Source: an uncultured Asticcacaulis sp.
Lineage (GTDB): Bacteria; Pseudomonadota; Alphaproteobacteria; Caulobacterales; Caulobacteraceae
Direction: 5' to 3'
DNA: 64,000 nt
Assembly: GCA_965650705.1 (NCBI GenBank)
Contig: CBFGPQ010000002.1
Coordinates: 10,823 to 74,822, forward strand
The number at the start of each line of letters is the position of its first letter. Within the stretch, counting starts at the first letter, position 1. The notes beneath the pieces were generated by a model. It made no database searches. It saw only the letters and a program-made list of their open reading frames with translations, and was not told where the DNA came from. Position numbers and translations under genes: made by a program. This document shows, piece by piece, positions 19,454 to 27,161 of the stretch.

Positions 19454-21571
19454 CTATTCTGCCGCCACGCCGGTCGTTGCCGGCATTTCCTGATCCTCGG
19501 CCTCATCGGAAAGGAAGGCTGGCAGGGCGTCCTCGCCCGTTGCGGCGACTGGGTGCCTGCGCTTTTCGTCCGAGCGCAGCACTTCCGGTAACCAGCCGGC
19601 ATCGGCCAGCAGCCGTTCGGCTTCGACGACCATGTCCGCCTTCTTCAGGTGGTCGATCATCTGGGCGGCCCGCTCGCCGCAGCCTTCACGCACGGCTTCA
19701 AGGATGCGCGGGCGCGGGACACGGTTCAGATAGGTGTCGGCGGTCGGACGCCAGCCCGACGCGACCAGGTCGAGGTGCGTCGCTTCCGCGATCTGCATCG
19801 CCTGTCTGAGGCGCCAGTCGATGCCATGCTGCGTCGTCGAACCATTGGGGTTAGGCCTTTCCATCACGGCGTTCACGCCATGGCTGATGCAGAAAGCCAG
19901 GAGTTCGGTCCGGACCGCATCGCTTTCCGCCTCCAGCCAATCCCAAAGGGCCTGGTCGTCGTGCGGAACGATGTCGGCCCAAAGCTCGCGTCGGCGGGCC
20001 ATCGCAGTGGCCGGATCGGTCTCATTGATGTCTTTTGGGGCAATGTTGAAGAGCTGGGGCGGCGACACCCATGCCTGCAGGCAAGATCCGCCCCGAGGAA
20101 GCCCAAAAGTGTCGCTGACCAGCTTGTGAAGGAGCAGCGTCATGGCGACGCGGGGGTTTCGGGCGACCGCCTCGCGCAAGGCAATCGTCCGAAATGCCGT
20201 CAGCTCGAGTATCAGCTTTTCAGGCAGAGGCCGCAAAATGTCGGTTTCGTCATCCCCCGCCTCCACGGGCGAGGTGGCTGCCGCCGCGAGACTGATGATG
20301 GGCGTGGACCGTTCCGCTTGCCCTTCCCTATCACCGGTCATTTCCGCGCCGACCGGATCGGCTGGTGTGGACGCTTCGTCTTCCCGCCGCACGAACCCAC
20401 GTAAAATCAGGGGACTGCCGTCGCGGTCGATTGAGACGACGGCCCCTGCCCGGCCCATGTCCGCAGGGTCGAAGCTTTCCGCAACGCTGCCTTCCAGCGC
20501 CTCGATCGCCGCTTCAAGCTCGCTCAGCCGCCGATCGACGGTTTCGGGCAGATCGTCCTCCCACGCCGCATACTCTTCGTTCAACCCGTCGTATTCCACC
20601 TTCAGGCCATCAAGGACGCTCTGGTCATCGGGGCGCAATGCCGTTCGCGTCGATGGCAGTTTCCGCAAGTCATTGAAGTGGTCGAAGGGGATGCTCGGCA
20701 GGACCTCGATCCACTTCCAGTTCTCCGACCGAAGGCCTTCCGCCAGGATCTGGAGCTTTTCGGCGACGAGGCGATCGAGCAGGACCGCGTCCTGCAGCCA
20801 GCCGCCGTTGTCGCCGCTGAACAGGTCGCGCAAGATTGCGCCGCCGGCGGCCTCGTAGGCTTCGGCGCCGATAAACACCGCGCGCCGGTCTGTGGCGGCG
20901 ACAGCGCTTTCGGTCAGCTGACGGCGGATATGATAGGCCTCGCGTATATAGGACGGCCCGTCCTTCAGCCGTTCCCAGACGGCCTCCTGGCTCTGGTGAT
21001 CGCTGGTCACCGAGAACGCCATCAGCTGTTCGAGTGTGAGCGCGTCTTTGGCGTACAGGTCGAGCAGCACCGGCGAGACCGCTGCCAGGCGAAGACGTTG
21101 TTTCACAACGGAAACACTGACGAAGTACCGCGCGGCGATATCCTCTTCGCTCATATTCTGCCGGCGCAGCGCCACGAATGCCCGATACTGGTCGAGCGGG
21201 TGCAGGGCGACGCGATGGGTGTTTTCCGCCAGGCTGTCGTCTTCCAGCGAGGTGTCGGCTGCGTCGCTGCGGATGACACAAGGGATCAGGGCCGTTTTTG
21301 CCAGGCGTTTGGCCTTGACCAATTGCTCAAGGGCACGGTAGCGGCGCCCGCCGGCTGGAACCTCATAGGTTCCCGTTTCCCTGTCTTCGCCATCGACAAT
21401 GGGCCGGACGTTGAGACTTTGCAGCAGACCGCGCAAGGCGATGTCTTCTCTGAGGTCGTCGAGCGACTGGCCGGCATTGACCTGGCGGACATTGGCCTGG
21501 GACAGGACGAGCTTATTGAAGGGGATGTCCTGGGAGCGGCTGAGCGGCACCGTGGTAAGGGACTTGGACAT
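19454..21571 (-). CDS. Large ParB/Spo0J-N-domain protein typical of conjugative leading regions
   Basis: GLLQSL, AGGRRYRAL, SLAENTHRVALHPLDQ, HTH, GGAILRDLF. Confidence 0.82.
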   Translation of the reverse strand: MSKSLTTVPLSRSQDIPFNKLVLSQANVRQVNAGQSLDDLREDIALRGLLQSLNVRPIVDGEDRETGTYEVPAGGRRYRALEQLVKAKRLAKTALIPCVIRSDAADTSLEDDSLAENTHRVALHPLDQYRAFVALRRQNMSEEDIAARYFVSVSVVKQRLRLAAVSPVLLDLYAKDALTLEQLMAFSVTSDHQSQEAVWERLKDGPSYIREAYHIRRQLTESAVAATDRRAVFIGAEAYEAAGGAILRDLFSGDNGGWLQDAVLLDRLVAEKLQILAEGLRSENWKWIEVLPSIPFDHFNDLRKLPSTRTALRPDDQSVLDGLKVEYDGLNEEYAAWEDDLPETVDRRLSELEAAIEALEGSVAESFDPADMGRAGAVVSIDRDGSPLILRGFVRREDEASTPADPVGAEMTGDREGQAERSTPIISLAAAATSPVEAGDDETDILRPLPEKLILELTAFRTIALREAVARNPRVAMTLLLHKLVSDTFGLPRGGSCLQAWVSPPQLFNIAPKDINETDPATAMARRRELWADIVPHDDQALWDWLEAESDAVRTELLAFCISHGVNAVMERPNPNGSTTQHGIDWRLRQAMQIAEATHLDLVASGWRPTADTYLNRVPRPRILEAVREGCGERAAQMIDHLKKADMVVEAERLLADAGWLPEVLRSDEKRRHPVAATGEDALPAFLSDEAEDQEMPATTGVAAE

Positions 21572-21600
21572 TCGAGGGTCTCCGGACGGGCGGCCGAAAG

Positions 21601-21653
21601 CCTCTCTTTCGACCTCCAACCCGTCGATCGCCTCGAAGCCCCCTCTTCCTCTC
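21601..21653 (-). promoter_or_regulatory. Bipartite motif copy 2 (GAGAGGAAGAGGGGGC-N26-CGAAAGAGAGG)
   Basis: Same boxes as 19270-19320, at a similar distance upstream of a start codon. Confidence 0.6.
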
Positions 21654-21836
21654 GTCTGGCCTTACCCGCCAGATTGCAAAGTGCTGACAATTTGTCATCA
21701 TATCGATATGCGTTAGATACCAGGCGACTGGTCTTTTGCCAGCTAATCGGTCACGCAACCGGATGACGGAACGCGAGAAGGGAGGCATTACGCCCCCCTC
21801 CCCGCGTTTCGCAATGATTGTGGCGCGCCCGCCGCC

Positions 21837-22247
21837 CTAGAGGCCTCTGGATTTCCGGAAATCCCGAACGATTGTCTCAACGGCGGCTGAAAACGTAATG
21901 TCATTTTCGTTGGCGTAGTCGCGCAGGAACTTCAAGGTTTCCGGTTGAACCCGCGTCGACATCAGTTCGGTCTGCTTGGAGCGACGCATCATCCGGCCGG
22001 TGTCCGGAACGACCCGCTCCGCCACCGCAGGCGCCGGCGCTGGCTTCGCGGCCGGTGTGCGGCTTTTGGGAGTACTGTGGCTCTGGCCAAATCCGCTGTG
22101 CTCGGCGACCGCCCTCGCCTTTTCGATGTCGACGAGTTCCGGTGGCAGGGGTTCAGGGTCAGGCAAGGCCGCAAGGCTCCGGCGGACCGGCTTCGGAGCA
22201 CTTTCTTCGATCACAGGCAGTTCGGGAAGAAGCTTGTTGAGCATCAT
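21837..22247 (-). CDS. Small RHH-type partner of ParA (ParG-like)
   Basis: Disordered Pro-rich N-terminus, C-terminal beta-alpha-alpha pattern (TELMSTRVQPET..LRDYA...SAAVETIV); ATGA-coupled to parA. Confidence 0.6.
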   Translation of the reverse strand: MMLNKLLPELPVIEESAPKPVRRSLAALPDPEPLPPELVDIEKARAVAEHSGFGQSHSTPKSRTPAAKPAPAPAVAERVVPDTGRMMRRSKQTELMSTRVQPETLKFLRDYANENDITFSAAVETIVRDFRKSRGL

Positions 22248-22921
22248 GCAGCCTCTTTCTGGGTAAGTCCGGTGAGATATTCGCCGACGGCAAGGGCCAG
22301 TTGCAGGGCCTGGTTAACGGCTTTGGCCTTGTTGGGCGTGCTGGCGTCAAGGTTCGGCAGGGTCGTCGAATAGGAGAAGATCGCGCGATAGGCCGACAGT
22401 TCGTTGATCCAGAAGAGCTGCTTGAGGCCGGCGGCTTCCACGTCGGCATAAAGCGCGCGCATTTCCTTGGTCGAGATAGCTGGCGGCACACGGTTCCAAA
22501 TGAGGGCGTAAGGAATCTTGCGGTCGCGCGCCAGCTCCTGGTTCTTGATCATGTTGACAGTCGCATAAGCGTCCTCGACGTCCGGTATCGACGGATTGGC
22601 GGGGATCAGGACAATATTCGAAAGCGACGCGGCAAGACCTGCCGCCAGGTTACCGGACCCTTCGACGTCGACGATGATGACGTCGTATTTCGAACGATTT
22701 TCGACAATCTGCTGGGCGACCGTATCCTGGTTCCCGCTTTCGACGCGCAGGTTATTCGGGATAAAATCCGATTTGGCCCACTTTACGACACGCTGTTTAG
22801 GGTCGACGTCGATCACCAGGACGCGGGCTTTTTCCTGCGCATAGGCGCCGGCAAGCATGATGGCGATCGTGGATTTCCCGCATCCGCCCTTGCTGGTGGC
22901 TAAGGTAACGACGATTCCCAT
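22244..22921 (-). CDS. parA: ParA-family ATPase (short, type Ib-like)
   Basis: TSKGGCGKST, VIDVDPKQ, IVDVEG; GGAG RBS before ATG 22921. Confidence 0.88.
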   Translation of the reverse strand: MGIVVTLATSKGGCGKSTIAIMLAGAYAQEKARVLVIDVDPKQRVVKWAKSDFIPNNLRVESGNQDTVAQQIVENRSKYDVIIVDVEGSGNLAAGLAASLSNIVLIPANPSIPDVEDAYATVNMIKNQELARDRKIPYALIWNRVPPAISTKEMRALYADVEAAGLKQLFWINELSAYRAIFSYSTTLPNLDASTPNKAKAVNQALQLALAVGEYLTGLTQKEAA

Positions 22922-23291
22922 GTCTGCACTCCAAAAGCGTTGTGCTCGCATTTCGTCAGAAAATGGTTAGCGAAGTGTTAGCGCCGCGTCAGACTTGCGC
23001 AGGCGCATCGTCTTCATCGTGATATCGGCTCGCAAACAAGACGACAGGCTGTCGCAAGACGTTCGACTGCGTTGCGATGGCGATGCGCATTCATTTCAGT
23101 GTCCAATCGATGTCCATACGTTATGACAGGGCTTTGCTGGTGATGGCATATCGTTCTGTCACGGTTTCGATGACGATCGTCGAACAATTCGATGACGAGG
23201 TGCTGACAACACTTACTGAAATCTTAACCGGGGCACGATGGTGCGATTCGCTCATCCCGCCAAGCCAGCTCAGGATGCCGCGAATACCGGT

Positions 23292-23474
23292 TTATCCACA
23301 GGTGGCGCCCTTTGTGTTAGGTATTGTAGTTAAGAGGGAGTGTTAAGGCGATTGCTGTTTCGTCCAAGCGATTGACGCGAAAGCGCTTTTTGACCTTGAA
23401 TCCGGCTGGAACGTCGGAGAAACACCGAATGCTCCGTCCTCGAAACGACGAGTAACTGTCGGCGAAACGTCGAA
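23292..23474 (+). other. Putative oriV: DnaA box, A/T-richer stretch and three iteron-like repeats
   Basis: Perfect TTATCCACA at 23292-23300; repeats at 23412, 23435 and 23457 (22-23 bp period); lies between parA and rep. Confidence 0.7.
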
Positions 23475-24312
23475 AACCGATTGACGTTACCCACAGGACT
23501 CGCATAGCGTTTCGCATCCCGAGTCGTAATGGCGCGCGGATCAGCGGGACCGAGGCGTGCTCAACACACGGCGAGGCGCGGATCTGACACCGGTACGGCG
23601 CCCGCTGGGACGGCAAGCTGGCAAGACCTGTCGGCAAACCGTCCTCGAAACGACGAATATCATGGCCAAAGCGTCCCCGAAACGACGAATAACAGAGCCT
23701 GAACCCGCGGCGTTCGAACGCGTCGGCGAAACGCCCAATGCCTTGCAGGCGTCGGCGAAACGCCGAACCGGGCCCAACCGTCGGCGAAACGACGAATCCA
23801 CGACGCCGGAAGGTCTGAATACGCCCGCCGAGCAGGGATCACAGGCGGCAAACGTCCTCATAGGTGAGGTGATTCCGGCCGAATCGGCAACCCGCCACCA
23901 GGGATCGCAAAAAGCGTCGCCGAAACATCGAACTGACCCCAAACGTCGGCGAAACGACGAAGACTCGACAGGCGTCGGCGAAACGACGAATCCAGGAAAC
24001 GCATCTGACGCTCGCGACGAGGTCTCCGAGCGTCGGCGAAACGACGAATCCGGCGACCTTTTCGGCGCTGATCCGATGGGTTTCCCCGCTTACGCAGCAG
24101 GGGAGGGCGCCGCATCGGCGCCTGAAGCCGCAATGGTGTCGGCAAAAGGGGCGCGAACGACGGCAGCGTCGCCCAAAGCGTCGGCGAAACACCGAACCGT
24201 GCCGGAGCGTCGGCGAAACGACGAAGATGTGCAAAGCGTCGGCGAAACGACGAATCCTGACGAGGCGTCGGCGAAACGCCGAAGTGCGCCACTGCGTCGG
24301 CGAAACGACGAA
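23412..24312 (+). repeat. 17 copies of an 18-bp repeat, consensus CGTCGGCGAAACGACGAA
   Basis: Starts at 23412, 23435, 23457, 23640, 23672, 23721, 23750, 23779, 23915, 23944, 23973, 24031, 24179, 24208, 24237, 24266, 24295. Confidence 0.92.
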
Positions 24313-25371
24313 TCTGACGTCACCAATCCGCCGCCACGGCGCAGCCGCGCCAAGGCCGCGCCGCTTAACCCGGACTACAATCTCGACGATGAGCTGTTCA
24401 TCTGCGACGTGCTGGATGCCATCCCGAAGGACGACATCCCCAGTATGGAGCACCCGATCTTCACACTGGCGACCCAGCCGGACATGCGTGAAATCCATTA
24501 CGAGCACAACGGCACGGTCGTCGACATCTGGCCGAGCCGCCTGGGGCTGGCGACGATCCACGACAAGGACATCCTGATCTATTGCATTTCGCAGCTGATC
24601 GCCAAGAAAAACAAGGGGGAGCCGCTTGGCCGTACGCTGAAGCTGCAGCCGCACCAGCTTCTGACCTGGGCGCGCCGGCAGACCTCGGGCGACGGTTACC
24701 GGCGCCTGGTGGCGGCGCTCGACCGCCTGAGCGGGACGCGCATCAAGACCAACATCAAGACGATGGACGGCATTGAGTTTACGAACGGTGTGGGCCTGAT
24801 CACCGAATATTCCGCCAGGCGCTCGAGCCGCACCGGGCAGATCATTGACGTGCAGATCACCCTGTCGCCGTGGCTGTTCAAGATGGTCGAAGGCGCCAAC
24901 GTGCTGACGTTGCATCGCGACTATTTCCTGTTGCGCAAACCCCTCGATCGCCGGATTTACGAGCTGGCGCGCAAGCATTGCGGCAGCCAGGCCAAATGGT
25001 CGATTTCGGCGGAAATCCTGAAGAAAAAGACGGGTGCCGGCGGCACCATTCGTCACTTCCGCGAGGAAATCCGACGGATCGTCGAAACCAATCACCTGCC
25101 GGACTACGTCGTCGCGTTCGCCGACGACGTGGTGACCTTCTTTTCAAGGGCCGCGCTGGCCGCCGCCGCCTTGCCGCAGCCGAAGCCGCCCTTGCTCGAC
25201 GCCAGCACGTTCGAGGAGGCCAAGCGTGTGGCGCCGGGCTATGACGTCTATGCGCTGCATGAGGAATGGATCGACTGGTGGCGGGAAGGGGGCTGCGAGC
25301 CGCTGAAGGACCCGGCCAAGGCCTTTGTCGGCTTTTGCCGCCACCGCAGCCAGCGTTCTCCCTTGCGCTGA
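23557..25371 (+). CDS. repA: Replication initiator protein A (RPA family); start uncertain (23557/23662/24076/24133)
   Basis: LFICDVLDAIPKDD..SMEHPIFTL, GLATIHDKDILIYCISQL, YFLLRKPLDRRIYELARKHCG; N-terminal ~250 codons are made of the DNA repeat array. Confidence 0.88.
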   Translation: MLNTRRGADLTPVRRPLGRQAGKTCRQTVLETTNIMAKASPKRRITEPEPAAFERVGETPNALQASAKRRTGPNRRRNDESTTPEGLNTPAEQGSQAANVLIGEVIPAESATRHQGSQKASPKHRTDPKRRRNDEDSTGVGETTNPGNASDARDEVSERRRNDESGDLFGADPMGFPAYAAGEGAASAPEAAMVSAKGARTTAASPKASAKHRTVPERRRNDEDVQSVGETTNPDEASAKRRSAPLRRRNDESDVTNPPPRRSRAKAAPLNPDYNLDDELFICDVLDAIPKDDIPSMEHPIFTLATQPDMREIHYEHNGTVVDIWPSRLGLATIHDKDILIYCISQLIAKKNKGEPLGRTLKLQPHQLLTWARRQTSGDGYRRLVAALDRLSGTRIKTNIKTMDGIEFTNGVGLITEYSARRSSRTGQIIDVQITLSPWLFKMVEGANVLTLHRDYFLLRKPLDRRIYELARKHCGSQAKWSISAEILKKKTGAGGTIRHFREEIRRIVETNHLPDYVVAFADDVVTFFSRAALAAAALPQPKPPLLDASTFEEAKRVAPGYDVYALHEEWIDWWREGGCEPLKDPAKAFVGFCRHRSQRSPLR

Positions 25372-25440
25372 AGCCGGATAGAAGGCGAGGGGAACGCACT
25401 GGTTTTGAGACGCCAGCTGGCCTAAGAGCGCACTGACACC

Positions 25441-25725
25441 GTGGATGGGGACGCCGTTTTGCACGAAAAGAGAACCTATCATCAGGAAAAGCACTTCAAG
25501 GAAGTGTTGGGCCTTTTAGGCCTGAAGGCGCTGTTCCTGCATCAGACTGGGCCCAAGAGCTTCATCCTGACGTTTCCGCATCCTCACCAGGATGTGGAAT
25601 ACGTCCTGAGTTCCTACCGCGACCGAAAACAGCCGCGCGAGTTCGCCGACCTCGGCCGCTGCGTGCAGTTCGCACTCAATCTCGGCGTCACGTCCATCCA
25701 TTTTAGGCTCCACGACGCAGCCTGA
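25441..25725 (+). CDS. Small protein, paralog of 39395-39718; possible KorA(IncN/W)-like regulator
   Basis: Shares R.F.DLG.C...A..L...F.L..HDA with the 39.4 kb gene; sits before virB1. Confidence 0.55.
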   Translation: MDGDAVLHEKRTYHQEKHFKEVLGLLGLKALFLHQTGPKSFILTFPHPHQDVEYVLSSYRDRKQPREFADLGRCVQFALNLGVTSIHFRLHDAA

Positions 25726-25779
25726 CCGCCTGCCATAATGCGATAAAGGCAAATCGCGGATCGCAAAATCAACAGAACG

Positions 25780-25812
25780 AAATGCGCAAAACATATAAAA
25801 CGCGCATTTTAT
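25780..25812 (+). promoter_or_regulatory. Candidate operator upstream of virB1
   Basis: AAATGCGC-N14-GCGCATTT inverted repeat enclosing AAACATATAAAA, which also occurs upstream of the IncC-like gene (9700-9711, minus strand). Confidence 0.5.
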
Positions 25813-25895
25813 GGCTTGCCATGCTTCGCTTCACGCGTTACGCCTGTATGGCAACACAACTCAAGGTTCAACACTTGCAATTCTAAGGCGGCGAG

Positions 25896-26519
25896 ATGGA
25901 TTTCGCAGCGATGGCGGAGCTTTGCGCTCCCGACATACACGTGCAGACCATGCGCAGCATCGCGGCGGTCGAATCGAGCTTCAATCCGTTCGCCATAGGC
26001 GTGGTGCGCGGGCAGTTGCAACGTCAGCCGCGCAGTCTCGCGGAAGCCGTGGCGACGGCCAATATGCTTGAGACGGAAGGCCTCGATTATTCGGTCGGAC
26101 TGATCCAGATCAATCGCAAGAACTTCGCCAGGTACGGCCTGACGCTGCGGACTGCGTTCGATATTTGCAACAACCTGCGCACGGGCGCGGCGATTTTGCG
26201 GGATTGCCTGGAAAGGGCAGGGGACCGGCCGTCGGCCTTGGGCGATGCGTTGAGCTGCTACTATTCCGGCAACTTCAAAACCGGCTACCGGCATGGATAT
26301 GTCGCCAAGGTCCTGAATGCCGGCGCCGGCCACGTCTGGCCTATCCCCGTCCAAGGCGGTTCCGGGCACGCACCCGTGTCAGTCAAGTCCGGCCAAGACC
26401 GCGAGCATGTGCCCGAACCCTTGTTTGTCTCGGTGGCCATGCCGCCGGTCAATAGCGCCGCTTCGAGCGGCAACGAGTCCCAACCCCCGAAGGCCCAGGA
26501 CACGGCCCTTCTTTTTTAG
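25896..26519 (+). CDS. virB1: VirB1 lytic transglycosylase
   Basis: VESSFNPFAIG (catalytic Glu), SVGLIQIN, ALSCYYSG. Confidence 0.9.
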   Translation: MDFAAMAELCAPDIHVQTMRSIAAVESSFNPFAIGVVRGQLQRQPRSLAEAVATANMLETEGLDYSVGLIQINRKNFARYGLTLRTAFDICNNLRTGAAILRDCLERAGDRPSALGDALSCYYSGNFKTGYRHGYVAKVLNAGAGHVWPIPVQGGSGHAPVSVKSGQDREHVPEPLFVSVAMPPVNSAASSGNESQPPKAQDTALLF

Positions 26520-26529
26520 GAGAACTCTC

Positions 26530-26832
26530 ATGATTCTTACGACAAGACAGCGGCTGGCTATCGCCGGTACGGTATGTGCTTACGGGCTAACGCTCGCGGG
26601 CCCGAGTTTCGCGCAGGTCGCCCAACTGACCAGCGGCCTCGACTGGATAAAGACCACCATCACCGGGATCGGCGTGGTCGTCATCGTCATCGCCATCATG
26701 TGGACGGGCATCCAGATGATGTTCCAGCACGCCAAGTGGAGCCAGGTGGCGCATATCTTCTTCGGCGGCATTCTGGTGGGTGGGGCGGCGGCGATCGGCC
26801 CGCAACTGTTTGGCGGGGGCGGGGGAAGCTGA
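26530..26832 (+). CDS. virB2: VirB2 pilin
   Basis: AGGAGA RBS, signal peptide ending SFA/Q, two hydrophobic helices, GGILVGGA. Confidence 0.85.
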   Translation: MILTTRQRLAIAGTVCAYGLTLAGPSFAQVAQLTSGLDWIKTTITGIGVVVIVIAIMWTGIQMMFQHAKWSQVAHIFFGGILVGGAAAIGPQLFGGGGGS

Positions 26833-26834
26833 GC

Positions 26835-27161
26835 ATGACAAGGTACCGCGATCCCGTTTTCCGCGGCTGCACCCGGCCTCCGATGTTTTTCGGAGCGCCG
26901 ATGGTGCCGGTGATCCTGGTGACGGGGATCGCGGTGCTCATCGCCATGCTAGGCCTGTTCGTCAGCGCCTATATTTCGATCGGCGTCGTCACCGTATTCG
27001 TGCCGGTATTCCTATGGATGCGCACCGTGACCAAGGCCGACGATCAGCGCCTGAACCAGCTGATGCTGCGCCTGCGCTTGCGCATTCGCCAGCACGCCAG
27101 CCGGCGCTACTGGGGCGCTTTCACCTATATCCCGTTCGCGCTCAAGAAGAGATCGTCATGA
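26835..27161 (+). CDS. virB3: VirB3
   Basis: DPVFRGCTRPPMFFGAP, two TM helices, DD motif, YWG..TY. Confidence 0.88.
   Translation: MTRYRDPVFRGCTRPPMFFGAPMVPVILVTGIAVLIAMLGLFVSAYISIGVVTVFVPVFLWMRTVTKADDQRLNQLMLRLRLRIRQHASRRYWGAFTYIPFALKKRSS

Noticed and set aside
22960-23230. parS centromere from short TCGATGAC/GTGCTGACAA-like repeats, and CtrA boxes
   Set aside because: Repeats too short and irregular to support by eye; TTAA pairs have the wrong spacing or mismatches
23077-23346. 89-aa ORF between parA and rep
   Set aside because: Overlaps the DnaA box/origin and has no recognisable features
23721-24312. CRISPR array (palindromic repeat with unique spacers)
   Set aside because: Spacers are only 11 bp and the repeat 18 bp, no cas genes are present, and the location at oriV/rep favours iterons
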